Shown here one piece after another: positions 11,630 through 24,498 of a DNA stretch of 64,000 nucleotides. Under the pieces are notes generated by a model. It made no database searches, had not been told where the DNA came from, and saw nothing but the letters and a program-made list of their open reading frames with translations. Origin of the DNA: the human T2T-CHM13v2.0 reference genome, Homo sapiens; assembly GCF_009914755.1 (NCBI RefSeq), contig NC_060936.1; one strand, 5' to 3'. A program made the translations under genes and the position numbers. The number at the start of each line of letters is the position of its first letter. The stretch's first letter is position 1.

Positions 11630-11750
11630 TCCAGAGCTTGCATCAGCTTGAGCAAGTTGACCTTTCTGGGCCTCAGTTTTCTCACTTGTAAAATGAAAAG
11701 GTTAGACTACATTAGCCTCAGGTTCTTGTCAGGGTTCATACTCTATGATC
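11630..11750 (+). mobile_element. MIR fragment
   Basis: cttgagcaagttgacctttctgggcctcagttttctcacttgtaaaatg core. Confidence 0.75.
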
Positions 11751-12479
11751 CTCTCATCATTGAATGCAAAATCTCATCTCCCCCTAACTCCCTCCTGCTA
11801 GAGCTATTGCACACTGTGGAACATCTCTAGCAGGTAGACATCCAGCTTTGTCTACAGTTCTTCAGTGCTGAGGACCGGCCAACAAGCAGCTTATTCCATT
11901 CATAACGCCTGGTTATCAGAAAGTTTGTTCTCACACTTAACCTCTCTAACCCTCAATTTGTTTACGTGTAAAATGAAACAAAAAAGGCCCAACTCAGAGA
12001 GTTGTTGAAAGTTCAAATAAAAAAAAATACTTGAAAAATATTTCTTGAAAATCAAAAGCAGTACATAAGTGTTAATTGCCATATTATTACCTAATATTGC
12101 TAATAATAAATTAGGTTTCTATTAATCTATACTTATGCAACCTATAGTGGATTGTACATCTATCTTTTAAACACTTTATCTTGTTCATCTCAGTCCCCTT
12201 CAGGTAAAACATTAAAAATAATTCTGAATCAAAATTCTGACATTATCCCTTTCTAGCTATATTACTGAGATATCTTCAACTATATACTTGATTTTTTTAA
12301 AAAAGCACCCTTTTTATATTATTTCTACCTACTTCATTGATAAAGGTAAAAAGAACAGAGTTTTTACAATACCACTAAATAATTATCTAAAGGTTGGTAC
12401 TAATTATTCAATAAGCAGTCTTTAAATATGATTTTCCAAATAGCTACTGCCCTCCCTAATGGACTATAAGCTTCAAGTT

Positions 12480-14240
12480 AAGAATACTGTATCCACTGGG
12501 CTGCTCAAATCAGGAAGCTGGGAAATGCCACATGGATGCTCTTCAATCTTTTTGCCTCCATTTCACATAATCAAATATCAATAACAGTCATACCTTCTAA
12601 ATCTCTCTTTATCTTGTCTCTTTTCTCTCTTCTGTTATCTGAATTTACCCCTCTTCTTTTCCTGCCTGAATTTCTGTAAGATTCTTCCAACTGGCCTTCA
12701 CTCCTCAGTATCACCTTCTAATTTTTCGTTTTATTGCCAGCATATTTTTTCCAATGAGTATGTCTTACCATGCAATACCTATCCCCATTTAAAATCTTTA
12801 CAAAATAAAATTTCTTAATGAAGATTTCTTACACCACTACAAAATAAAATTTCTTGATGGTGAATCTCCCTTAACCCTCACCTTATCTATACTTCCTAAT
12901 ATCCACCAATCATACTACATATTCATTTTTCCCACAAAAACCAAAGAAACAAGTACTAAATCCTCTCAACTGACAAGCATTTGCACAGTCTGTTCCCTAT
13001 GCTTGTAATGCCCTTCCCCTCCTAACTTACCTAATAATTCCTCCTAGTTCTTTAGGATGCAGCTCACCTCTGAGAAGTAAATGGTCCCTCAACTTTACTC
13101 TGAATCCTCTCCTATGCAGACTATCCTTCTTTCTTCTCGGTACCAGAGCGTTTCTCATTTGTAGTTTCCTTGTCTGTTTCTTCTAATAGGCTATATTCTC
13201 CCTAAGGACAGAGACCCCAATTTGTCAGTATTTATAGACCCTTGCAAAGTGCCAGGGCGTGTTTGTCAAACATGGGAAGATCAGAAAAAGTGATGGTCTT
13301 ACAATGAAGTCTCAAACTACTTTCAGATTTATCATTTTGTTAGAGCTCTATAAAACCTTAGTGAGGCAGAGAGGACAGCTATTGTAAAAAAACATGTAAT
13401 TTTTATTGAGATTCAGTGATTGTGTCTCATCTGTAGTCACACAGAAAGTCAGCTGCAAAGTCAATATTTGCCAAATTAAATGCTTTATTAAATACATATT
13501 TGTACCCAAATACATAAAAATTGCTAGTAAAATCAACTTAAAAAATATAACCATATGCTAAAGCCTCTAAGAGGTAATTAAGAAATGTATTGAGATCAGG
13601 AAGCCCAAATCTCATCAAGGATTCGTTTTCTTCATAATAATGCCGTGGTCTGAATAGAGTCCAGAAAAAAAAAAAAAAAACCCAGAGCGAAATTTGTTAC
13701 ATATTCAACATTACCAAGCAGAAATATGCTTTTATCACATGATGTGAACACTTTGTGTAGCATAAGGTTGCTATTACTACATAAGGCAAGATCCCCAGTA
13801 TTTCCTTCCCTAGGTCTCCCCAAGGACACTGTGTCTCCTTGGCTTCCCAATATCTTTCAAAAACTCTAAACATATTCCCGGAGCAATGCACTTGTGATTT
13901 ATTGTTCCTAGAACACTCTGGATTTCTCCTCAGCTACCCACCACCATCACTTCCTTCAGGTATCTGATCAAATGTAATCTTATCAGTAAGGCCTTTCCTG
14001 ACCACCCAACCCCACTCCATCTTGGCACATATAGTCATCCTTGCCATTATTTTCCCTTCAGTGCTTACCATCGCCAAACATACTATACAATTACTTCTTT
14101 ATTTATCGTCTTTCTTCCTTAACTTTGTAAAGACAGGGTCTTGTTTGGTCCACAGAAGTATCTCCAAAACCTAAAACAGTATCTGGTACATGATAGCCCC
14201 TTAATAAATGTTTATTAAATGGATGAGTGAATGAGTCAAT
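12480..14240 (+). mobile_element. Degraded L2 fragments (discontinuous)
   Basis: L2-type pyrimidine-rich segments (ttccctatgcttgtaatgccctt; tcaaatgtaatcttatcagtaaggcctttcctgacc; aataaatgtttattaaatggatgagtgaatg). Confidence 0.6.
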
Positions 14241-14519
14241 GATCCATGGGATATATTTCCTTTTGGGTTAAGTAAGAGGTGTAGTTGCACGTTTTGGAAG
14301 CAAATTATTTGACTCTTTTTGTAGATGCATTTCACCTTATAGCTACTTGTATTTCTTAGAAGTAAATTTGTTACAGAATATCAGAACCAAATTTATGACC
14401 CACTCTATTATGTATAGGATTCATGGCTAACATATTGTGCTCTACCTCAGTTTTAACTTCAACCTATTTGCGCTTTACTTCATTATCTTACCAATTTACT
14501 TATTTTATCTTTTGGTGTC

Positions 14520-14835
14520 ATATATATGTATATATATTATATATATAATAAAAACTTCAGATGCTTTACTATATGTAGTATATAGTAAATATTGTATATA
14601 TTAAATATAAATATAGCATACAGTAAATATATAGTATATAGTATAGTAAATATAGTCTATAGTATATACTATATATAGTATACTATATTATAAATGCTAT
14701 AGTAAATTTAATTATATATACTATGTAAATACAGTAAATATATTTACCATATATACTGTAATAAATTTCAGTATACTATGTATAAAGTATATATAGTATA
14801 TCGTATACTGTATAGAGTAAAGCATCTTAAGTTGT
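14520..14835. repeat. AT-rich low-complexity tract bounded by inverted arms
   Basis: TA-rich; 18-bp inverted repeat at 14553-14570 and 14816-14833. Confidence 0.85.
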
Positions 14836-15175
14836 TCTAGAATAGGAAGGAGAAAAATTCAATAAACCCAAGAAGTTTTTTAAAGTTATTAAAATGTCAT
14901 TTCTTATAAATGATTTTTGCAAACATAGTATTAAACAATCCTTGGGGAACTAAAAATTAGTAAAGTTTATGAACGGGCAAAGCTAAAGACAGATCTCATT
15001 TTCATCAAGCTGTGCCCCTACGAAGTGCAGCATGAAGAGGCAGTTAGTCTTTTCGTGGGTTCTTCCTTTTGCCTTGCACTGACAATGTAGCATGAAGAGA
15101 AAAGCATGGATATTGTAATCAGAAAGACCATGGTTGAAACCTAAATCCACCTCCAAACAGTTCATGCTTTGGAAC

Positions 15176-15565
15176 TGTGGCAGAGACTGTGGTAGGTTCT
15201 GCCCACCTCACCTATTTCTTCCCTCTAGGTGCACCTTCCCAGCACCCTTTCATCTGGATAGGACCATGTAACTAGCTCTTGTCCAAAGACCATAAGCATT
15301 AGTGATGTGTCACTTCCAGTCTGAAGCCCAGGGACTCCCTCATTTCCCTACCTACTGGCTGGATGACCGCAGAACAGGCTGAAACCACATGTTAAAGGTG
15401 ATAGAGCCACAGTGTAAAGGAGACTTTATTCTTAAGTAGCTACTGGAAGGAGAAATGCCCGGAGAGAGCCACCAAACCAAACAAACAAGAAAAAAATATA
15501 TTAAGCCCCTGGAATTGAAGATTGTTGATTACAGCAGCTAGCATTAATTATCTTGAGGAATGCAA
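15176..15565 (+). mobile_element. Old MaLR LTR (MLT1J-like)
   Basis: tgtggcagagactg start; gtgatgtgtcacttccagtctgaagc; gattacagcagctagcatta end. Confidence 0.6.
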
Positions 15566-16169
15566 ACGTATTAGGATGCAAGAGCCACTGTTTTCCACAT
15601 CAGTAAAAGGGAAATAGTATGTCTTTCAGTAAAGGTAAAAGATAGTATATTTACAATGCTTGATATTGTGGTTACTTTCGTGGGTAATATGTAAACCAGA
15701 GGAAAAAATAAATATTTGCTTGTATTTTTGTCTTGAAATATATGAAAATAAGCTTTTACTAAAATTTACTAATATTTTATATCATGAAATGACAGTGGCA
15801 CCCTCACTGGGTCTGTATGTCAGAGGGTTGTGTATCATGTATGGAAGATGAGATATTCATCTAGTATCCTGGTGAGTAGGACAGCAATACGTGAATGAAG
15901 GGGTTGCTAATGTGCAAGATGCATTTCTTCGTACCTGTTTAACATAATGTAGCCTATGATGATATCAGTGTGGTTTAGTTTATAAAATAAAAACCAATAA
16001 ATAGTATGATCTTAGCAATACCATAAAATGACAGGAGAAATAATTATAATTACTTGTTTTTACTGCTGTCATCTGTCAAAATACTCAAGAGTTATCACAT
16101 TCAAAATACTATTCATTTTTCCCTTTACACAAAGTCAAGTTTCCCACTTTGCTGTTTATTCTTTGATAA

Positions 16170-16603
<434 letters not shown>

Positions 16604-16819
16604 TAGTCATTTATGAATTCTCTCATATTTACATACTTATAAAATTTAAAAGAAATTTCTAACCTCTTTAAATATTATACTTAAAATGACTACTTCCCAT
16701 TTATTCTGAAAGCAATTTTTATGTAAAAATTTCTAGTTTACAGAAACTGATTTATACCAGGGTAGATGGAAATGTTCTATGGACATTTTAACAAAAACAT
16801 TTAAATAATTGGGCAATGG

Positions 16820-17140
16820 GATGTGTGTATATGTGTATGTGTATTTATATATGTGTATATATATATAATAATAAATGATTTTTGCATATGTGTATACAAA
16901 AAATACGTGTAAGTGTACATAATAGTATGTACACACATACACATATATACACACATATATATACACGTATGTATGTATATATGGATATTACACACATATA
17001 TGTAACTAGCTCTTATATGTGTGTATATATTACATGTGTGTATATATACACATATATACATGTAATATGTATATACACACATACGTGTATATATGAATGT
17101 GTGTGTATCTGTGTGTGTATGTATATATTTTATACATGTA
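16820..17140. repeat. (TA/TG/CA)n low-complexity tract
   Basis: Read directly. Confidence 0.9.
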
Positions 17141-17144
17141 TAAG

Positions 17145-17500
17145 TGCTTTTTTTTCTATTTGGACCAGAATTTTTTTTTCAGCTGTTACAGTCATTGAAA
17201 TCAAATACCATATCAAACTGAGCAAAGAAACAGATTTTCAAAACACATATCACAAAGTATTAAGACAATACCTTTTTATAAATAATGAAACATTTTAAAT
17301 CACATTATTATTAAAATATCTGAGTATGAAGAAGTTTGTTACATTAACAAACATCTTCTGAAAATATTTGATCTTTATTTTTTGTGTGCTTTATAACATG
17401 TGCTATGAGTGTAGTCATACATATATGGAGATTATATATTAAAATGTCTATTGGGGTGTGTTTCCTTTTTTAAATTTTTTAAAAAATTGGAACAAATAAT
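17145..17500 (+). mobile_element. Probable hAT-Charlie transposase 3' fragment
   Basis: Translation FSAVTVIEIKYHIKLSKETDF resembles the Charlie C-terminal FSxxxxIKTKYRxxLxxExDL motif. Confidence 0.45.
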
Positions 17501-17509
17501 TAAAAGATC

Positions 17510-17976
17510 TATCTATCAATCGATCTATCCGTGGAGAGAGAAAGAAGTGGGGGTATTATGAGGAATCGGCTCACATGATTATGGAGGCTGGCAAGTCCCA
17601 CAATCTGTCATCTGTGAGATGGAGACCTGGGAAAGCCAGGGGTATAATTCAGTCCAAGTTTGGAGGTCTGAGACTCAGAGGACCCTATGGTATAAATTCC
17701 AGTCCCAGGCCAGAGAAGATGAGATGAGATGCCCCAGTTCAAACAGTGAGGCAGGGAAAATGGGGCAAATTCCTCCTTCCTCTGCCTTTTGCTCTGTTCA
17801 GTCCCTCGGTGAATTAGATGATGCCCACACACACTGAGGAGGGCAATCTACCTTACTGAGTTCACACGATCAAATGCTAACCTCTTCCAAAACACTCTCA
17901 CAAACACATTCAGAAATAATGTTTAATCTGGGCGCCCTGTCGCCAGTCAAGCTGACATATAAAATTAACCATCTCA
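17510..17976 (-). mobile_element. 3' LTR (MLT2B-type; outer end eroded)
   Basis: Reverse-complement start TGAGATGGTTAATTTTATATGTCAGCTTGACTGG. Confidence 0.85.
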
Positions 17977-18204
17977 AGTCTACACCGTGCCAACTTGGCA
18001 CCCATACACATCTTCTAAACCATACTTTAATCTCCAAATACAGAAAACAACAATGTCCTAATTCCACCTAACATGATACAATTACCCTGCATAAAACAAA
18101 AATTGGCAATTACCCTTTTCCCAAAAAAGGAGGTAAAGTCCTTGAGCAGTGTGTACTCTTCTCCTTGACATCCCTTGACTTAAATATTATGATATAAAAT
18201 AAAT

Positions 18205-18545
18205 ATCAATCCTCTATATATGTGAGTTTCAAATCCACAGATTCAACCAATTGCAGATTGAAAGTATTCATTAAACAATGGATGATTGCATCTTTACTGA
18301 ACATGTACAGACCTTTTCCCTGTCATTACTCCCTAAACAATAGGGGATACCAATTGTTTATATAGCATTTACATAGTATTAGGTGTTATAAGTAACCTAG
18401 AGATGATTTAAAGTATATGGGATGATGTACATAGGTCATATGCAAATACTATACCACTTTATATAAGGGACTTGAGCATCTGTGAATTTTGGTATCAGCA
18501 GGAGGTCCTGGAAGCAATCCTCCATGGATACCAAGGAACAACTGT
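18205..18545 (+). mobile_element. MER2 (TcMar-Tigger) inserted in the ERV-L
   Basis: atccacagattcaaccaa...gttataagtaacctagagatgatttaaagtat...atggataccaaggaacaactgta. Confidence 0.8.
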
Positions 18546-20311
18546 ACTTAAACACTATGGCTATACAATGAATATATCTTATGCTACATGATAAGGGAGT
18601 AAGAGAGGAAAGAAAACAAAGATGCACACAAACACAAATGTATTCATGGCAAAATAAGGAGGAAGTACTCATGATGATTACAGTCCTTATTTCTGTAAGC
18701 GGTCACGTGGTTGTAGCTGGTATTTGTAATACCGTCTTTCACTGCCTATTCCATGTTCCCTTTGCTTTTAGCAACACCTCAGCTGGTCATGATTCTTTAT
18801 CAGGCGATGTGACCAAAACCTTCATTTCTGAAGGATCTGCTCCCTTAGTCCTCCTCCCTAGGCTGGGTTGTTATAGTTTCATTGACCTTAAACACAGAGC
18901 ATGTAATCTAAGAGATGCCCTAAAGGATCTCCTGTATTCCAGACATGTTTTCTTCCTTATTTCCATTGCAAAGCAGTTGTCCCATTTTGCCTTAGGAGTC
19001 AGGATTTTCCCCTGCTAAGGTCAGTATTCACATGGGACACAGGAGAGGTCTATACATATAGCTCTTCTACAAACATTTTTTGCCACCAATTTTTCAGTCG
19101 TGTTCCTGCCAAATCCCTGAGCATCCAGTGAAACCATTGGCCACAGCCCATAAATCAGTATATAACCACATGTTTAGCCATTTTCTGTTACAAGCAAAGT
19201 AAACAATCAGGTGCACTTCTCAAAGTTCAGCCCATTGGGGGATTTCCCTTTACCACTGTCCTTCAGGGATGTTCCATAGTGGGGCTTTAGGGCTGCAGCT
19301 GTCTAATTTCAGGTAGTGCCTGCATATAGTGCAGAATCATCTGTAAACCAGACCTAAGTCTTCTCTTCCTCTGACCATTGATCACAGGGAGCTCCCAGTG
19401 AGGCTGTAAGTGTAGGCTGGGAGAGAGAAGGCAGTATAGCTGGAGTGGGCATTTGGGCCACTTTTCATGTAACCTACCTGTGCCTTTAGGCCTGCTCAGG
19501 CCTGATCATGTATATACCACTTCCATTTGATGATGGAGTAGTGCTGGCATACCCAATTTTATGGTTTGGGGAGCCAGATAACACCCAGTTCATGGTGGGT
19601 GGCTCAGGTCCAGTTAAATTAGTGACCCGTAATTAAGTAGTCAGTCTCTACTAGGCCCAGTAGCACACCAAGAGTTGTTTATCATAAGAATAGTAGTTAT
19701 TTGTGGATGATGGGGCAGGGCCTTGCTCCAAAATCCTAAAGACTTGTCCTATGATTCACCTAAGGGAACCTGCCAAAGGCTCCAAACAGCATCCTTATCT
19801 GCCACTGATACTTCAAGCTCCATATGGCCCAAGTACCAGAGCAGCTTGCACAGCAGCCTGGACCTGTTGCAGAGCCTTGCCTTGTTCTGGGCCACACTCA
19901 AAACCCGCAACTTTTCAGTTCACTTGTAAATGGGCCAGAGTAACACACCCAAATAAGCAATATGTTCCTTCAAAATCCAAAGAGATCTACTAGGCACTGT
20001 GCCTCTGTCAGGGGCCAGATGCAACAACATATCCTTCACCTTAGAAGAGATATCTCAACATGACCCAAATCACTGCATCCTAGAAGTTTCACCAAGGGAG
20101 AAGATCCCTGAATTTCCATCAGATGTATTTCCCACCCTCTGACATATAAATTTCTTACCAATAAGTCCAGAATAGTTGCCCCTTCATGCTCATGAGGTCC
20201 AATCAGCATAAGTCATCAATGTAATGAACCACTGTGATATCTTGAAGAAGAGAAAGTCAGTCAAGATCACTGAGAACTAAATTATAACATAGGTCTGGCA
20301 AGTTGACCCAC

Positions 20312-21293
20312 TGATATGGTTTGGCTCTGTGTCCCCACCCAAATCTCATCTCAAATCATAATCCCCACAAGTCAAGGGAGGGACCTGATGGGAGGTGATT
20401 GGATCATACGGGCAGTTCCCCCCATGCTATTCTCATTATAGTAAGGTAGTTCTCATGAGATCTGATGGTTTAAAAGTGGTGCACTTTTCCCTGCCCCCTA
20501 CTGCCATTTTAAGATGTGACTTTCTTCCCCTTTGCCTTCCACCATGATTGCAAGTTTCCTGAGGCCTCCCCAACCATGCAGAACTAATAAAATTTGACTG
20601 TGTCTCCTCCCAAATCTCAACTTGAATTTTAGTTCCCATAATCCCCACATGTCATGGGAGGGACCCAGTGGGAGGTAATTGAATCATGGGGTTGGTTACC
20701 CCCATGTTACTGTTCTTGTGAGTTTTCATGAGATCTGATGGTTTTATAAGGGGCTTTTTCCCCTTTTGGTTGGCACTTCTCTTTCCTGCCACCATGTGAA
20801 GAAGGGCATGTTTGCTTCCCCTTCCTCCATGATTGTTAAGTTTCCTGAGGCCTCCTCAGCTATGCTGAACTGTGAGTCGATTAAACCTCTTTCCTTTATA
20901 AATTACTCAGTCTCAGGTATGTCTTTATTGGCAGCATGAGAAAAGACTAATACAGGAACTGAGTCAAGTAAACCTCTTTTCTTTGTAAATTACACACTCT
21001 CAGTAGTTCTTTATAGCAGTGTGAAAATTGACTACTACAGAAAATTGATACTGGCAATTTGGGGCACTGCTATAAAGATACTTGAAAATGTGGAAGTGAC
21101 TTCGGAACTCAGTAACAGGCAGAACTTGGAACACTTTGGAGGGCTCAGAAGATAGAAAGACAGGGGAAAGTTTAGAACTTCCTAGTTAACTTGTTGAATG
21201 GCTTTGACCAAAATGCAGACCAAAAACTTCTTTCCTTTATAAGTTACCCAGCCTCAGGTAGTTCTTTATAGCAGTTGAAAATGGATTAATATA
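20312..21293 (+). mobile_element. Internally deleted MST/THE1 MaLR provirus (LTR, short internal piece, LTR 3' stub) inserted in ERV-L RT
   Basis: tgatatggtttggctctgtgtcccc start; MaLR-int gaaaattg...ttggagggctcagaaga; TSD CCCAC/CCTAC. Confidence 0.82.
20585..20954 (+). mobile_element. THE1-type solo LTR nested in the preceding LTR
   Basis: Second LTR copy ending gactaataca; TSD AGAAC/GGAAC. Confidence 0.8.
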
Positions 21294-21324
21294 CCTACCT
21301 TTTAGTTAGGACAGTGAAAGTGCA

Positions 21325-21612
21325 TTAATGGCATTGCCAGGTGAAAGCAAACTGCTTCTGGTGAATCTTATGAACAGGTATGGAGAAAAAGGGATTTGAT
21401 AGATCAATAGATGTATACCAAGTACCAGAAGATGAGTTAATTTGCTTAAGCAATGAAACTATATCTGATACTGCAGCTGCAACTTTAAGCATCACCTGGT
21501 GAAGCTTGTGATAATCCTCCGTCATTCTCCAAGATCTATCTGTCTTCTGGACAGGCCAAATACAAGAGTTGAATGGGGATGCTGGGGGAATCAGCATCCC
21601 TGCATCCTTCAA
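21325..21612 (-). pseudogene. ERV-L reverse transcriptase remnant
   Basis: SPFNSCIWPVQKTDRSWRMTEDYHKL ... DLSNPFFSIPVH...QFAFTW match retroviral RT N-terminal motifs. Confidence 0.88.
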
Positions 21613-21919
21613 GTTCTTGATGGTGGCGTGAATCTTGGCAATCCCTCAGGGAATGCAGTATTGTTTTTATTTACTCTTTTCCTAGGTAGAGGCAGTTCTA
21701 ATGGCTTCAACTTGGCCTTTCGCACCATAGTAACCCTCATTCCACAGGTCAGGGAACCAATGTGGGATTCTTTCAGCTACTAATGGCATATGTCTATTCC
21801 AGTTACGCATCTGGAACTGGGAAGCAGACCACCGGATGGATCTGGGGACCCACTGGACCCACTGTGAGATGACCCTGAGCTAAAACTCCATTGATCACCT
21901 GGTTTCCATAAGCCCCTAC

Positions 21920-22120
21920 TCAGACTGGTAGGTCAAAGTGATATTTTGGGACTCCCAGAATCAGTGTAACTTCAAAACCAGTGTCCAGTAATTCCCTAAA
22001 TGCCTGATTATTTTCCCCAGTGATTTTTACCCCAGTAAAAGGCAGTAGGTTTCTTTGTGGAGGGCTTGGAGAAAGATTAACAGTATACATTTTTGATAGG
22101 GTACGCGGCTCCTCCCTCAA
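21920..22120 (-). pseudogene. ERV-L aspartic protease remnant
   Basis: FRELLDTGFEVTLI (LLDTG active-site motif). Confidence 0.8.
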
Positions 22121-23909
22121 AAGGACCTGGACTCCCTTTCATTTAAGGGGCTCTGGGTCTGTACATTGGCTTAAGTCTGGTAATCGATTGAGGAGCCATG
22201 ACTCTCTGTTTTTATGATTCAGGTTAGACTTTTGTTCACTTGACCTAGAACTTTTCTGCTTAAACAGGTAAAAAATGTAGTAGACTTTCTATTTGTTTCC
22301 CTTCTAAGAGCACTATAAACAATTAGCTAATGCCACAGGTCTACACAAATCAGACTATTCTGATTACTGCTTTGACTCTGATGCCCTCTAATGTAACTAC
22401 GCCCAACTTGCCTTGGCCTCTGCTACCCCAAGATCCAATTACTTCTACTGCATTTAGGTTTCCCAATTCAGTGACTGCAGTTCCCACTACGAGGTCTGGC
22501 CTATGGAGAGTAGAGCCATCAGAGAACTCTTCAAAGATGCCAGAACTTACTTCACAGATTTATTTCTTCCAGTATTGCTGAAAGATATGTCTTCTGGGCT
22601 TCTCAGTGTGAGAATGTCTTAAATGACTAATTCACTCTAACATTCTAATATCCCTATGCCTTTGGATCTCTTCCTCTACATTAAACCAAGGCATTTTTGG
22701 TATTTCCAATTCACTTATGGTGAACCACCTTTTGATTAATGTTTTAGTCAAACAATCAAATTAATTGTTAGAGCTCATTCTAACTCCTTGAGTTGAGCTG
22801 CAACATTAAATGCAGAAACTCTGCTTAGTGAGCCCATGTCAATAAATTCAGCTTGATCCAATTTTATGTTCCTTCCATTATCACCCTATACTCTTAGTAT
22901 CCATTCCCACACATGTCCCCTGGATTTCTGTGTGTATGAATTAGAAAACTCAAGTAGCTCATTTGGAGTGTAGTGCACCTCCTCATGGGTCATACTTTCT
23001 ACCTCACCCTTAGGGGCCTGCTGGGACTTGAGTCTAGTTGTAGGTCTAGAAGAAAATAAGGGTGTTGAGGGTGGGTCCTGAGAATCAGTATTGTTTCACT
23101 GGGCCACTGTCTCAGGGAAGGCAATTACTATTTTCTCAGGCAATTCAGGGTTAATACCACTGGGGGTGAGGATGCCACTGTATTGAGCATGGGGAGGCTG
23201 CTGCTTCTGGAGTTGAGGGGACCACTTCTGTGGGGGCTAGGAAGACCTCTTCTACTTGTAAAGAATGCTATAAGAATGAGGGACTCAATGTCCCCAGCTT
23301 CATCAGGGTCTTGCCACACAGCCACATCCCAATGTATAGGATCCCATGCTTTTTCATTTAATGCCCTCACTTCAATACAACATACCATGCAAAGCTGGGA
23401 ATTCAACTTGCAGTGTACTCGGCCAGTCACAGGATGAGGTTCTGCCTTCGATTTTCAGCAATTTCAGCCGTACAGCTACAGGAGGTAAGAGTCTCCTTCA
23501 GGTCAAACATAGAAGCTCTTGAGACAGTTATGTAGTGCTTAAGCTGAGATTTCATATCCCTGAGCTCATCCTTTTCTTTCACTACTCTGTCTAGAAACAT
23601 AGGAACAACCAACTAACATCATTATTTTCCTTAGTTTTCCAAAAATGATTGAAAGTATCATATACATAGTCACTTAGCTCCTTGCTTCCTTGTAAGTGGT
23701 GGACTAGGAGTACCCAGTGGAGAAATTTTGCATATCTCCATAAACAGTTCATGTCATACACTATCAATGCTTTATTTACTACTGGAAGTAGTCATTAGCA
23801 TCTTTAAATCTAATCAGATTAGAGAGTCAATTCTGGGAACTCCAGAAGGAATTCTGAAAACTCATCCTTAAAATTCTATTCCTCTAGAAGCACTCTCACT
23901 ACCAAAATC

Positions 23910-24498
23910 TCTATTAGTCGGGGTTCTCCAGAGAATCAGAACCAGTAGCATATATATATATATATATATATATATGAGATATATACACACATATATATAT
24001 CTCACATATATGATATACGATGTATATATGTGTATATATATGATGTGTGTGTATATGATGTATATATATGATGTATGTAAAAGGTTTATTATAAGGAATT
24101 GGCTCATTATAGAGGCTGAGAACTGCTTGCTGTCTGTAAGCTGGAGTTCCAGAGATGCCAGTGGTTTAATTCAGTCTGAGTCCAAAGGCCTGAGAGTCAG
24201 AGGAGCCAATGGTGTAAATACCAGTCTCAGGCAAGAGAAGATGAGACGACATGTTCCAGTTCAAGTGGTGAGGCAGGGAAAAAGGGGCAAATTCCTCCTT
24301 CATCTGCCTTTTGCTCTATTCATGGCTTCAATGGATTAGGTGATGCCCACACACACTGTGAAGGACAATCAATTTACTGAATCTACAGGTTCAAATGCTA
24401 ATCTCTTCTGGAAACACTCTCACAGGCACACCTCAAAATAGTGTTTAATCTGGGTACCCTGTGGCCAGTCAAGTTGACACACAAAATTAACCATCAAA
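23910..24498 (-). mobile_element. 5' LTR (MLT2B-type) with internal (TA)n/(TG)n expansion
   Basis: Homologous to 17510-17976; ends CTAATAGA next to the PBS. Confidence 0.88.

Larger units (their letters stand above)
17510..24498 (-). mobile_element. Decayed ERV-L provirus (MLT2B-type LTRs plus ERVL internal gag-pro-RT-RNaseH; integrase deleted)
   Basis: Two homologous LTRs; PBS-like GATTTTGGTAGTGAGAGTG at 23909; PPT-like sequence next to 17977; protease and RT remnants. Confidence 0.9.

Noticed and set aside
16733-17298. ORFs rich in Y/I/C/V/H/T
   Set aside because: They arise from the (TA/TG/CA)n low-complexity tract
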